Position numbers and translations under genes: made by a program
DNA from: Cercozoa sp. M6MM
Lineage: Eukaryota > Protista > Endomyxa: Ascetosporea
NCBI GenBank assembly: GCA_040357565.1
Contig: JBDODJ010000005.1
DNA: 64,000 nucleotides
Direction: 5' to 3' (one strand)
Shown: positions 26,010 to 42,856 of the stretch, in pieces
How the letters are laid out: every line of letters starts with the position of its first letter
How positions within the stretch are numbered: the first letter of the stretch is position 1
The notes under the pieces: model-generated
What the model was told of the DNA's origin: nothing
Databases searched by the model: none
Seen by the model: the letters and a program-made list of their open reading frames with translations, nothing else

Positions 26010-27348
26010 TTAGGCCCAGATCTGCACACGCACACACGAATGAGGCCAAGATGAGGTGACACACACGCACACACAGAGCAAAGGCTACGCGGATCTGGAA
26101 GTCCCACGAGGCCGTGGCGATGGCGCCGCCGTCGTAGCTCACAGCGACCTGCGAGATGCGGTCCTCGTGGCCGCGCAGCGACTGCACCAGGCCCGTGGTG
26201 GACACGTCCCAGATGCGCGCCTCGTAGTCGTCGTAGCCGGCCACGAGGAACTTGCCCGAGCGCGTGAAGTCGACGCTCGTGACACCGCACAGAAGTCGCT
26301 CGTCAATGAACTGCGCGATACGACGCCGCGATCGCATGTCGAACAGCGAGCACGTACTGTCGTCGGAACATGAGCCCAGGGAGTCCGACTCGGGCATCCA
26401 CGAGACAGCGTTGACGTCTGATTCGTGACCCACGAAGCGCGCCACAGCACGGGAGCCCTCTGTCGGCACCGAGGCAATGTCAATAGTCAAAGAGACCCAG
26501 CACAAGAGGTACCTCGGCCCGAGGAGAGACGCGCATCGAACACGCGCACGGTCGAGTCGACGCTGGCCGTGGCAAAGAGCGCCGGCGAGGCGTTCACGTC
26601 CTGCGGCGCCACGCACATCACGTCGGCCGTGTGGTCGCCGTACGACGTCAGCATCTTCTCCGTCTGCGTGTCCCACAGCTTGACGGTCGAGTCACCTGAC
26701 GCCGACAGAATGCGCGACGAGCCGTCCACAAATCGGACGCACGACACGTAGCCTGTCCAGAACACACACACACACACACACACACACAGTTCAAACATCA
26801 GAGAGTCATCCATCCTACGCATGCACACATGTCCGGACTAGGTACCCTCATGGCCGATGAGCTCAGCCTTGGGGGTCGAGTTGACCTCGGCCGTGGGCTG
26901 GTCGCTCAGGCCGTGGATCGACACGACGTTGTCGAGGCCACCCGAGGCACCGAGTCGCGAGCCAGACGACACACCGACAGCCTAGATAGGCACAGAACCC
27001 ATCGACGGTCCAACAGCAATAACACAGGGGAAAAAGTACCATGACCCACGCCGAGCGGAGGGCAATGACTTGGTGCTTGTTCGTGGTCTTGGCGTCCCAC
27101 AGGATGAGCTTGCCGTCCTGAGAGGCCGACAGAAGTTTGGACGAATTTGGCGACCACGCGGCGTGGTACACCTTGCCAAAGTGGCCGCGCAGCACGCGTC
27201 GCGTCTTCAGCAGCGGCAGCGTCGACTTCTTGCCGGGACTGTCGCCAATCACGTTGACGTCGTCATCGCCCTGCAACTCCTCGATGCGCGAGCGAATCTC
27301 GCGAATTTCGCTGCGCGTGGCTTCGTACTTCTCCGCCGTCGTGCTCAT
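26010..27348 (-). CDS. Heterotrimeric G-protein beta subunit (WD40)
   Basis: N-terminal coiled coil, [79 protein letters not shown]. Confidence 0.93.
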
Positions 27349-28179
27349 TGTGTGTGTGTGTGTGTGTGGTTTGTGTGTTCGTGTGGGGTGAGTGTACGCG
27401 CGTCTGTGTTACAAGGCTGCCTGCGCTTTCTGTGTCCTCCTTGACTCTGCGACGGTCCAACAGTCGGTATCACGCTTCCTTCAGCTGATACTCCTAACAC
27501 TCCGCGATCTGCGCATTCGTAAGCTGTAAGAGCGCAACACAACGACAGAGAAAAAGACAACACAACGACAAAACCAGAGCAAGTAAAAATTAGGCGATGC
27601 AACAAAAACGGCATCAAAAACCGCCCATGAAAAATCGCAGAGCACATGTCGCACACGCATGTGCCTTACGCATGCACTGTACCCAGACACCAAGAAGAAA
27701 CACGAAAGCGAGCCCGACACGTGGGGTACGCCACCCGAAAAAAATGAGTGATCGCAACTGGGAGGGCCACCGGGCCCAACATGGTGTTGGGTCATCGAGA
27801 TCAGCAAAACAAACAATAACCGCCCCCAGGTAAACCACATGGCAAAAGGCCTCCAACAGCACAAAAAAACAGTGCCTCTGACGCACCTGGCAGCACACAA
27901 CGCGTGCAGAAGGAAAACAACTGCCCAAAGAATCCAGAGCGAGACTCACCTGCTGCACAGTGTTCACTATGCTGAGTTGCTCAATCACTCCAAGTACGAA
28001 GCGCTCCCAGGCCTTGCTTTCTGTCGGGCAAGAGTTGGGGTATTTGGGCCAACCGTTTCTCTGGACAAAGAGCCAGAATAATTATGGTTTTCCCAACAGC
28101 TGAACCGAAAGTTCCGGCTCAGGTTTTTTGCAACCACGGAAGGCAGCAGTGACGAAAGCCAACGACACAGAGTAGCGGC

Positions 28180-31150
<2,971 letters not shown>

Positions 31151-31524
31151 ACGAGAAAGCTACACTAATTCAGACTTCCCCGATGGGTGCGTGTCACGTT
31201 GTGGTGACGTGCACGTGGCGACGTATGATGTTAGTGTCTGGTATGTTTAGGTAGTTACTGTACCCCCTGGGAAGGTTTTCACTTTTCGTGATAGGCATTT
31301 TCCCCGTGCAAGACCAAAGGTAAAAATGACTAGTACCGTATTACCCCACCTCGGTCACGACGGCGCGGTTGTTTTAAATAATGGCGTTGGTGGTTCGTTT
31401 ATTAGCTAGTGGGCTTCAGTTCCATTCAAGTGCCCATCCGCTCGCAGTTTGAGTTGGATTCTTAAGGAAGGATCGATCGCGCGCATTCAGTGAGTGCGCT
31501 TTAGGAGAAGTTCCGTTTGTTTGG

Positions 31525-33148
31525 TTACTGGTCCGAGACCTTAAGTACGATCTTGCCGATGGTTTTGCCGCTCGAGAGCTCGTCGTGCGCCGCAGCGACC
31601 TGTGTTCAGTTAAAGCGTCAGCATGATCACACATATACATGGCAGTAAGACGAGAGAAACAGTACCTGCTCCAACGGCAAGGTCTTAGTGCGCGTGGTCA
31701 CAATCTCTGCGCACATGACATTGATCGAGTTTGCACTGACTCAAAGAAAGTGCCCCCCCCCCCCCCCCCAGTGAGAAAACGCACTGCCCGAATCGACTAG
31801 GTGCGCGATCTGTGCCAAGACAGCGCCTTGCTTCTCGGGCTTGCAGGAATGCATGGAGCGGGAGAACATGCAGTCCATGTGGATTGAGACACGCTTGAAG
31901 AAAGCGCCCACGACGTCGAGGTTCTCGAGGCACGCCGGCACAATTGGTAGCACCACGGCTACGTGGCCGTCGCAGGCCAGGAGGTTCATCACCTTGCCGA
32001 GAACGCCGGCATCGTGGTACACCGCCACGGCATCGACAGCCGGTACACCAATGGCCTACGCACGACAGGCATACTGGCATAGTGCCAGACATCAACGTCT
32101 GCGAAATAAAGCACACCTGCAGCTGCGTCAGCAGGTCCTCGTGGTGGTTGATCACGTGGTCAGCACCTAGCGACTTGCACCTGGACACAAGGGATCAAGT
32201 GGTAGGGGCAAGGTGGTGGTGGGAGAAGGGGATCGAATCACTACCACTGGACAGTCTCCGGGCGCGAGGCGGTAGCAATCACCGTACCGACACCGAGGCA
32301 CTTTTTGGCGTACTGAATGGCCTGTCGATGGGAGAGAGGAAGGTATGAAAGTAGGTTGGTGTGCAGGATACATAAAACACAGAGGTAGCGTGGCATACCA
32401 CACTGCCGACACCGCCAGCACCATTAACAATCAGCAGCGACTTCTCCGCTGAGTTCTCTGTCCCAGTAGGATGAAAAGAACTGGAATTAAAGGAACAAGC
32501 TGACACACCATCAAGGCGCATCTTCTCCACCAGCGTCTCATGCGCCGTCAGCGCCGTCAACGGCAGCGCCGCCGCGTCCTCAAAACCCATGCTGCAGCAG
32601 ATCTCATCTCAAAGCACTCCCTCCGATGAGTTCAGACGTATAACATACGAAGTGGGCTTCTTGGCGACCAGTCTGGCATCAACAACGGCGTACTCGGCGT
32701 AGCTGCCTGGCTTCTGTAAAAGCAGACGCAACCCTCTCTTCTATGAGTAATGAAAATGGTAGATAGTACCGTGATGTCTCCAGCGAAAAACACCGCATCA
32801 CCAGCCGCAAAGTCAGTCACGTCGGCGCCCACAGAAACCACCTGACCGGCAACGTCCCAGCCAACGATGAGCGGGTTCTCTTCCGAGATCGGCGCTTGCA
32901 TCATGCCTTCGCGAACCTTATAGTCGATCGGGTTGGCAGACGTGTAGGCCACCTTCACCAGCAGGTGGCCTGCTGGTGCCTGTTTACATGTCCATATCCC
33001 CCTCTTTTTCCTCCTGTACTCAAACTCAGCCAATGGTTCGCAGTTTTTGCGGGTGTGCACTGTTTACCTCGGTGGGGCGGGCAACCTCACCGACCTTCAA
33101 CACATCCGACGCACCGTACACCGTTTGGTAAACTGCCTTCATGTTCAT
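31525..33148 (-). CDS. Zinc-type alcohol dehydrogenase-like / NADPH:quinone oxidoreductase (MDR family)
   Basis: ANPIDYKVR, IVGWDVAGQV, GDAVFFAGDIT, PGSYAEY..VDARLVAKKP, AAALPLTALTAHETL, NGAGGVGSVAIQ, ATASRPET, CMFSRSM, AHDELSSGKTIGKIVL. Confidence 0.9.
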
Positions 33149-33706
33149 GCAACGATATTCACTTTGGCTGAAGCAACAGCCGAAAAATCAACACCCAAAA
33201 GCAACGGTAAAATTGCGAAACACATCTACCTGGGTGCGATATTTAGGAAATTGAATCCAAAATTAAGTTAGCTTCGCAGTTTAAAGCAGTAGTTTGAGTG
33301 TGCTGTTGCTGTATTTTTGTAACGCACATTTAAGAGTAGAATTGTAGCCTGGGAATCTTCTCCAAGTTTAGGCCATTGGCGTCTCTCTTGGCCTCAGGAA
33401 CGCGTCAAGACTCGCCGTAAAAGCCGTATTGAGTGACGAGAGCGTATTTCGCTGATGCTGTGCCCCCTCCCGACATTGCGATTAAGTGTGCGTTTGGTTT
33501 CCCAGACAAAAAGGCAAAACTGTCGTCACCGGGGTCGCGTTTGCCGGTTTGGGTGTGCCACACTTTGAAGAACCCGCCCGCAAAATAGCGTCATGTCGTT
33601 TGAGGCGGCGGCGCACGTCCAGCAACTGCGCTACACTGGTATTATTCATCGGGCGACGCGCCTCCGACAAAGCGCTGGGTATCTGTTGCTGTGCGTAGGC
33701 ACCAAT

Positions 33707-34315
33707 ATGAATGCCAGTGGAGGCAACGACATGCTGAAGAAGCTGCGTGCCCAGAAAGAACGCATGCGTAAGCAGGTAGTCCGCTTTACCAGCAGGGTTT
33801 TCTGCGAGATTGTTTTGCTGCTTAGATCGAAAAGCGAAAAGAGGAGAAGAAAAAGCAGAAGGAACAAGCGGAGGCATCGAAAGAAGCAAAGACTGAAGAT
33901 GCTTTTGAGCAAAAAACTCCCGAGCAGTCGGAACGGTATGCATCGTTGCTTTTTTCTCTTGTTTGTTGTTGACTGAGACATCTCGGGTGTTTTGACGCTC
34001 AGTGAACGACTGGAGAATCAGTTGTCTGCGGAAGAACTCAAAACCATCCGCTCGGTCGTGCCTCACGTCGCTGTACATGACAGCTCTTCATTAACACAGA
34101 GATGCGCCAGTGTGCGCGCATCGTCGCTCTCTCCCTGTGTGTCCCTCACACGTGCACGCATGTGAACAGAAGCACGGTGCCTCGTTTGTGGAGACCGTGC
34201 GACGCAAGAACGCGCACCTCGCTCCCTTCGCCTTCCTGCGCAAGGACCGGCGTTTCTCGCCCGGTGCCACGCTGTTCCGCCTGCTCCTGCGTGAGAAGGG
34301 TACACCCTGCTTAGG

Positions 34316-34378
<63 letters not shown>

Positions 34379-34388
34379 NNNNNNNNNN

Positions 34389-34436
<48 letters not shown>

Positions 34437-36193
34437 GGATGCTATCTTGTGTATGTTGGTGTCCAGGCGTGCAACTACCGGACAGTGTGTACGAGGACGT
34501 TGTGCCCATGCATCAGCAAGTGCCGGCCTACGTGCAGCACGCGCAGTTCCCTCCTGTGCAGCAGCAGATGCCTCCGCATGTGCCTCCGCATGCGCACGTA
34601 CACCCGCACATGCAGCACATTGCGCACCCGCCGCAGTACCAGCACACTGCTGCGGTAAACGCCGCATACTCTCAGCCGTACGTGCAACCTGTGACTCCCA
34701 ATGAGGTGCGCTTCCTTCCTATGCCTATCTGTGCCTCAAGTATGTAGTATCAACGTACGGTGTCAATTTAGCCACCGGCGCGTCGCTCGCGTTTTTCGGA
34801 GGCCGCACCTCCGGCACGACCGCTGCCTCCACCGACGTAAGCGTTGAACCCTCGGTGCACGTGTGCACACGCACTGATATTTTTGCACAGGGAGAAGCGA
34901 CGACGGTTCTCCGAGTCGGGACCGGCACCTCTGGTATCAGCGACGGCGGAGTGAGTGTGCCTATTGTCCAACAATTCACTGTTTCTTGTTGTATGGCAGC
35001 CGGCGTTGCCGCAAGTCGACAGATCGAAATACATTGTGCCGCCGACGAAGGACGACCTGCCTGTTTTTAGCAGAGGTGTGTCTTGATTTGCCTTCTTGCT
35101 GTTTATGTACAAAATTTCACGTCTTGTGAGTGCAGCTGGCGAACTCGAGGAGGGTGACCTCGGGGGCATGTCCGAGGCTGAGGTGCAAGAGCATCTCGAT
35201 CGCGTGCGATACTCGGGCCAGGGCTCTTCCGTACCTTCGCATACTATACGTGTTCTCCTCTCTGTGTCTGTATGCGTCGTCTGTGCAGGTGGACCGACCC
35301 ATCAGTAGTGACAACATCGGGTACCAGATGATGCTGCGCATGGGCTGGCTGCCTGGCACGCCACTCGGCCCGCGTCGTAAGAACCAGGTACTGATGCGCA
35401 TGCCTATTGTTCTTTGCTTCCTTCCCTGCATTCACTGTCCTTGTCTCCCACAGGAAGCTGCACTAACAGCGCCACTGGATTTGCGACAACTGGCACGACC
35501 GGAACTGGTACATGATACATGAAGGCACGCGCATTGACTTGATGGACAAATGATTTCCCTTGCAGAGAAAGACGATGGCGCAGGTGCAGCTCGAGAAGCA
35601 AGTCAAACAGGAGCATTTGGACCGCAAGCAGCAGCATCGGGAAGCCGTTATGCAAGGTGGGTTTTCTTTCTTGGCACTTGTTGATTGATAGGTAACGCTT
35701 CTTCCTTGCAGGTGGCAGCGAGGCTGCAACCAAGTCATGGCAGCAGTTCCAGCAACAACAGCGCCAGCGACGCAAGGCTCCGGCCGCTGGTTCCCAGGCG
35801 TTGCAACAACAACAAGAGCAACAGCAACAACAACAACAGCAGCAGCAGCAGCAGCAGCAACGGCCGATCAAGCAAGAACCGCGGCCAGTACCGCAACGAC
35901 CGCACCCGCCAGTGCCTCAACAACCGCCCTTACCAGAGCACCCGATGGAACAGCAACCCATGTCGCCGCGCATGCCTCGACAAGAGTTCCACCAGCAACA
36001 GCAGCAGCAGCAACAGCAGCAGCAGCGGTACCAACAACAGCAACGGCAACTCCAAGAACAAGAGCAACGCGAACTCATCAGTGGACTTGAGCCACTCGAG
36101 CACAAACACGCGCGAGAACAGCAACAGCGCGTTCGCGAGCAGCGTGCTGAGGCGGAGGCGAACGAGCTCATATCGAGCATCATGGGATTCTAA
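33707..36193 (+). CDS. SURP and G-patch domain protein with a Gln-rich C-terminus (splicing factor-like)
   Basis: SURP-like KHGASFVETVRRKNAHLAPFAFL; G-patch PISSDNIGYQMMLRMGWLPGTPLG; poly-Q tail. Confidence 0.72.
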
Positions 36194-36683
36194 CCGACTC
36201 GGCATCGCATCCCCCACTGTGGGCAGTGACAGCATTTCTAGAAATCGATTGCTCTGGAGAATTAATTACTAACTAGAAATGAGTTGCGTTGACGGAGGCC
36301 CAGCGCAGACATGTCAAATGCTGAACGTTTGTTAGGAGTCTCGGAAAAGATGAACGCATCATCTTGATTTGAAAAGATCTGCACAACAGCAGCGCACAGC
36401 ACTAGAACACACGGGGCGTTGACACGAGTTCTACACAACGTTGCTTGGTAAGATGCCCACCAGATTTTCGTACTGTGTGTTTTTTGTTCTCTTATTGGTG
36501 TCGTGAAACAGACACTCGAGTGCGAAAGAGTGACGCAAACGCCTTTGCACTGCACATTGTGCCTGCGTGAGCCTCGAAACCTACTAAGCAGAAGCGAAAA
36601 GTTGTGTTGAAAGCGAAACACGAGGTGACGGTTTGCATCTGGTTTACGCCAAGTTTTCTAACGCTCATCAACAGTCAAGGAGG

Positions 36684-39600
36684 ATGCGACTCACAAAGGC
36701 GCGTCGCTTGAAGTTTCGCTTCGATCTGCGACTCGACTTGGTCGAACTGGATGCTGCCTATGGCATGAACGCCGAGTCGTTTCAGGTTGGTTGGCGCAAG
36801 GTACCTTTTGTTTCCTGTCATTGCGCGTTGAGAGACAGGAGCCTGAGCGTGTGTTGTTTCTGTCCCGAAGGACCCCCGACGAGCGCAGTCGTCGTGGCAG
36901 GCTCCGCACCAGGTAGGCGACAAGTGCGTCATCGAGTGGCCGGGCGAATCGCTAACTCTGCTGGCGACAATGTTCGAGGCCAAGAAGAAGTCGAGTGCTC
37001 GCAAGAGCGGGCAGACCTTCCAGACCAAGTCGACCAAAGTTCTCGTGTCGGCCAAGGTCGGCAGCGATGTCTCTCGCGTCGGTGTCGTTGAACTCGAGTG
37101 AGTTGTTCTGTGTCCTCTTCTTCTTCTTCTGCCATTGTTATCAATGTTGAATTATCTGGGGGCTTGCTTGCAGTGTGGCACAGTATGTACGGTGCGACAT
37201 CGACGCCGTCGCGAGTGGAGTGCCGGCGTCGGGTCACTGCGACGTCATCCTGGTACCCCACCGTGTCGTTCTTGAGGCTGTACTTTCCCTTTTTCTATTC
37301 GTGTGTGCTGTGCGCAACAACAGACGCTGAAAAAGTGCGCCGCCAAACTTTCGCGCGTTGCTGTCCGTCTCTCGTGGCAGGCGCTCACTGATCTGGTATC
37401 TCACCCGTTAACCCCTTCTGACTCTATTCTTTATCCCCTTTACCCTTTATCCCTTTCCCTTTACCCTACACTTTACCCTCCTACCCCTCCAATGTGTCTG
37501 CAGCCTCCAGCAGAGCTGAGTCCGAGTGTGGCGTCGTTTGCGCCCGGTCACGACGACTCTGGCCGCATCTCGGCGCGTGCGTCAGAGGCGAGTTTCGAGT
37601 CACGTGCCATGTTCAACCCACTGGTAGCTTTGTCAACACTCTTTCTGCTGTCTTGGTTTGAGTGGTATATGTGAATACCCACAGGCGAGGAAACAACAGC
37701 CGAGCGGCGCCCCCGGGATGGCATTCGACGCCAGTCAGGACAAGTCCGCCAAGTCGAGTTCGCCACAGTTGCGTGCAGAAATCGACGTTCTGCAAGAACA
37801 GCTCGCCAGCAAATCCGGCGATCTCGAGCGCGCCGAAATGGAAATTCTTCGCCTCCAGAAGCAGGTACTCTCTGCTTTCACCCCTACCCTTGGGTTCAAT
37901 CTTCTATCAATACCCGTTCCTTAACGTATACCCTTTCCCTTGCAGTTGAACGAGGAACGTGCCAACGAGGAGAGTGAAGCGAACGCGCTGCGAAAGCAAC
38001 TCGAAAAAGCAAAGGCGAAACTCGAGCGCGAACGACGCGCTGCGGAAGAGTTGCGCGAGGAGAAGGCCAACGTAGCTTCATCTTTGTCCGTGCCTGCATT
38101 GTTCTTTTTTACTTATTGTGCAAGCAGGTCGAGCGGTGTCTCAAGGTGTCGTCGGCGCAAGTGGACTCGCTTCACACGGACATCACGGTGTCTGCCGAAC
38201 TTGCCAGCAGTCTCGAGGCGAAACTCAAGCGAATCGAAAAGGCGCGTGATGACGATGCAATGATACTCGCCGATGCCGAAGCACGCGTTGCCAAAGCAGA
38301 GGCTCGAGTTGCCTCCCTTCAGGCAGAGATCGCTGAAGTAGTGCCTCTCCCCTCCTGCCATACCACTTGACCCCACACACACCCTATCCCTCTCTCAGAG
38401 CAAGGAAACCATGACGTCTTTGGAGACCCAGGCCGTCCAGTCGGGCTGCAGTCTACAGGAGATGCAGCAGCTGCTGCAGGAACGGGATGACCGCGTGAGC
38501 GAACTCGAGCAGGAACTCCACCAGACGCAGCAGCGACAACGAGCGGCTGAGCAGCTCATTCGCGACGCTCGCGACGAGATCGCCAACTTTCGCAGCAGTA
38601 CTGCTTCCAGCGACAGCCGTGACGACGAGCTCCGACTCGCCCTCGCCGACAAGCTGCAGCTCGAGACCGAAAAGCAACAGCTCGAAAGCGCCAAGCAGCG
38701 ACTCGAGTCGCAGAATCAACAACTCGCCAACGACAAGAAGAAACTTGAAACCGAAAGCTCAAAACTCAAGACGCAAAAGCGCAATCTCGTCTCGGACAAG
38801 CAGCAGCTCGAAAACGAAAAACAACAACTCGAGTCGCGAAACCAACAACTCGAAAACGAGAAGCAGCAACTCGAAACTGAGAAGCGACAACTCGAAACTG
38901 AGAAGCGACAACTCGAAGCAGAGAAGCAAGAGCTTGAAACTGAGAACGAGGAACTCGAGGCCGAGAACGAAGAACTCGAAGCAGCCAACAGCAACGTCGC
39001 ACGACAACTCGAAACGAAGCAGGCCGAAAACGCGCAACTCACGCAGCGCCTCGAGCGCCTCGAACAAGACAGGCAGACTCAAGGACAGTCTCGAGAGCCT
39101 GAGCAGTCGCAGGAGCAATCTCAAGAACAGTCACCACAGGAAAGCGACAGGGGCGGTGAAGAGTTGCTTCAAGTTTGCCAGGAACTCGACGCCGAGCGCA
39201 AGCGATCCTCCGTTTTGCAAAGCGAGTTAGACGAGTTGCAGCGACGACTCGAGTCGGGTACTCCTGTTCCTGCTGCCTCTCTCCTTCTCAAACTCGCTTG
39301 GCTCACATGACTCACTTGACACCATTGCATGCAGCCACACACGAGGTGGCTAAGGCCGAAGCAAGCCACAAAAAGCTGCAGCAATGCGCGGAACGCAGTC
39401 TGAGGAGGCAGCAGAAACTGCTCGCACTGGTGCAAACGCGTGTGCAGAAGAGCGACCGACTCGTGCGATCCATCGACTCGCAGGTGGGCACACTCGAGTC
39501 GCGAATGTCCTCGCTGCAGCAGAAGGCGGCAACTCACGCGTGGCAGCAGCGCTGTCGTCGCGGCGACCTTCGAGCACGCGTTGCGGCTGCTGAAAGCGAA

Positions 39601-39945
39601 CAGTCAACGTGCCTTGTCTTTTCCACTTGCTTCCCACCCTTGTGTGTCTTGCTCACTTCCAACCCGCTTTTGTCTTGCAGTTCGAAAGCACGCTTGGTTG
39701 AACTTGAAGCACGACTCGTCGAACAGGAGCGCGCACTTGTGCGAGCAAAGGTATGCAGTGTCTCCGCTTTTTATGTAGACTGTACGTGCGTTCTTTCTCG
39801 TAGGTGCAACTGGTCGACATGGTGGATCAAAACTCGTCTCTCGAACTCACTGTCATGCAGCTGCAGGTGTGCTTGCTTTGCTTTATTGCTTTGAGTCGTA
39901 CAAAGCAGTGTCCTACGCCTTTAGAACGAACTCGAGGGGCGATAA
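36684..39945 (+). CDS. NT-C2 (EEIG1/EHBP1 N-terminal C2-like) domain plus long coiled-coil protein
   Basis: MRLTKARRLKFRFDLRL..FQVGWRKGPR..IEWPGESLTLLATMF..FQTKSTKVLV..VGVVELDVAQY fits the NT-C2 pattern; heptad repeats follow. Confidence 0.7.
38650..38985 (+). repeat. Coding 21-bp tandem repeats giving exact heptads (KQQLENE / KRQLETE)
   Basis: gagaagcgacaactcgaaact-type units repeated in frame. Confidence 0.85.
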
Positions 39946-40263
39946 CGGGGCGATAATGACCGCTTTCTGTTTTCATTATTGAGTCGCGGTCGATCCGCGC
40001 CGCGTGTTTCCAGGTTGTACAGCACCGTACAATGTAGTAGTCATTGTAGTTGTCGCAGAAGTGGGAAAATACGATCACTCAGTTTTTTTTAAATCCAAAA
40101 TCCGCTCCATTGGCTCAGTGAACAGCAGGTAGAACGCCACACACTAGCCTAGTGTTCACGTGCGATAGGTGTAACGTTTGAGTGCTGTCAGCGCCGTACA
40201 ATTCCAATCAAGATACCAGGAGCATAAAATCGATCGTCATTTGTCTCAGACTCCCCTGACACG

Positions 40264-42591
40264 ATGAGTTCGGTCGTGGAAGGCAAGGTCCGCCGTGCGC
40301 AGCAGCAATTGACGGCTGCCGAAGAACTCGAGAAACAAGGCAACCGCGAGGTACTTCAGATGCATGTTGTTTCATGTGTCTCAGTGTGTACGTGCTTGTA
40401 TCGCAGGCTGCCCTCGCGAAGTACACACAAGGACTGGCGATTCTGATGGGTGTGCGGTGAGTTGTGGGGCATTAGCAAGGCATTCCTATCCGCATTACTT
40501 GTGCATATGCATGTAGAAAGCAAGTGCCACCTCAGACGTGGCAGCATCTCATGTACATATTTCGTTGAAATTAAAAAATCAATTGCTATTCTCAGCGTGC
40601 GCAGGCCGAAAGTGAACGCGTACATGCGGCACGCCGAGAGACTGAAGTCAGCCATCGAGTCCGGCAGTGCCACTGCCGCCGACAGCAGTGCGAACGGCGG
40701 CAAAAAGAGCGGCAAGAACTCCGCCGTCGATGATGAGTTGCGCACGCGCGTGTGTCGCGACATTCTCGAGAAGAAGTGAGCTGCAGCTTGTTGCTTCCGT
40801 CTGTACCTTTACTGAGCTGTGTTGTGCTACACAGAAGCAAAGTCAAATTCGACGATGTCGTTGGTCTCGACGATGTCAAGCAGCTGCTCCTTGAAGCTGT
40901 AGCACTAGACCAGTTTGTTTTTTTTTTCTGTCTCTGTCTGCACAGTATGTCTCGATAGGTGGTGTGGCCCTCACTGCGACCTGACCTGTTTGTTGACCTT
41001 CGTCGACCTCCCAGAGGTGTCCTGCTTTCTCTCCCCTCTCTCTCTCTCCTCTGTGTATGTTGATTTATTCATACTCACTCGCGTATGCACTGACAGGCCT
41101 GCTCTTGTTTGGTCCGCCGGGAAACGGCAAGACCATGATCGCCAAGGCTGTGGTACTTTCTGTCTTTATGTGTTTCTCTGTGTCTGCATTAGTGAGAAGA
41201 TACGTTTCAGGCTTCGGAATGTGATGCAACGTTTTTCAACATTTCCGCCGGCTCACTTCTCTCGGTAGCCCTATCTTAAAGTAGCTTGTTGTTTAGATTG
41301 CCTGGCACGGAACAGAGATACGTGGGTGACTCCGAACGTCTCGTACGAGCACTGGTATTGTACATTTCTCTGTTCAAAATGTTGTTGTTTTTGCTGTGCG
41401 GTATGCTTTCTTTCTCTAGTTCGCTGAGGCACGGGCACGTGCACCGTCGATTATTTTCGTGGACGAAGTCGACTCGCTTCTAGCCTCGCGTGGGGGCGGC
41501 GACTCGTCGTCGTCGTCCGATACCATGTGGGCCAACACATCTCCATCTCGTCTCTTTCTCCCCTGAGTGCTTACGGTTGGCGCTGTGCAGGCACCGCTTT
41601 CAGAACCAGTTTATTTCCGAATGGAACGGCGTGAGTGACGACGGCTCGCGCGTTCTCCTCATTGGCGCTACCAACCTGCCCGAGGTAGTAACACAGGTAG
41701 TAAAATGAAAAAACACAGTACAGGCAGCGTGTGTGCACAGGCTATTGACGAAGCGGCACGACGAAGATTCGAGTTGCGAGTCATGGTAACATACAGTATG
41801 CATCTGTACTAGCGAATAAACCTGTCTGTTTCGTGTATCTGACTGTCCGTTAAAAGGTTCCGATGCCGACGGCAGAGGTTCGACGTGCCGTTTTAAATCG
41901 CTTGATTTTGAATCCACCTCGAGGGTACCCAGGTTGTGTCGATATATATATATATATATAGTGCATTTATTTCCTAAATATATATATATATATATTCCTC
42001 GGACTATGGCAGAACAACGGTGAAGCACACTCTTTCTGAGCGACAAGCCCAACAGGTAGACCCCTACTTTCCCTTGCTATGGTTAAGACGATCGATCAGA
42101 GACTGTCTCAGGTCGTGCAAGCAACGGAAGGCTACTCGTGCAGCGACCTGAAGACCTTGTGTTCGCAGGCTGCTATGCTGCCTCTCCGTTCAGTGTATCA
42201 TTCACCCCCTTACGGACATTACGGCTTTTGCAATTTATGGTTGTGTGTGTGTGTGTGTGTGTGTTTCTTGCAGGAGCAGCAACGACATCAGACAAATTAG
42301 AACCGAGGACATTCCTGCAGTGTCTCTTGCGCACTTCCAGTCGGCGATGCGTGCCGTTCCGCCTTCTGTGTCACCTGGTATCGACTGCACTCACCTGTCT
42401 CAGCTCTCAGCTAGTCCTTCATTCTGGCCAAATCCCATTGCGCTTTATGTTCTATAGAGTCGCTTGCACACTACGCCAGATGGAACGACATGTACGGCAC
42501 ACGGCTTGGTGGCGTGCCTTCCGCGCACCAGCGGCTCGACAGACGACAAGTGCCGGCACAGCACACACGCACGCCCGTTCCCTTGTCTTAA
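40264..42591 (+). CDS. MIT-domain AAA ATPase, spastin-like (17 exons)
   Basis: MIT ALAKYTQGLAIL...YMRHAERLK; VKFDDVVGL, GLLLFGPPGNGKTMIAKAVA, SRYVGDSE, IIFVDEVDSLL, IGATNLPEAIDEAARRRF, TEGYSCSDL, YARWNDMYG. Confidence 0.88.
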
Positions 42592-42856
42592 TCTCGAATG
42601 TTTCTAGCGTACCGCACCTAGTCTACTAAGAAACCAACTATGTCGTTCCGCTGTACCAGACCTGGGGTCACAAGCGCACAGCCGTATTACGTTGGCTCGA
42701 ACATTTACAGTAAAACAGTCAGTACTGTACTTGCAAGGCTCCAAACAGTAAAATGTTCGAGCCGCGCGGATGCCGGTGAATGAGTGTCGGGCTCGACCCT
42801 AGGCAGTTAGTTGCTGGACACAAAATGATTTGACCGCACTTAACTATGGCTTGAAC

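Noticed and set aside
27790-27840. U1 snRNA-like motifs on the minus strand (TTTACCTGG, GATCTCGATG)
   Set aside because: Flanks do not form stem I, and there is no AUUGCAC loop or correctly placed Sm site; probably chance
38650-38985. CRISPR-like repeat array
   Set aside because: Contiguous in-frame coding repeats with no unique spacers, in a eukaryotic gene
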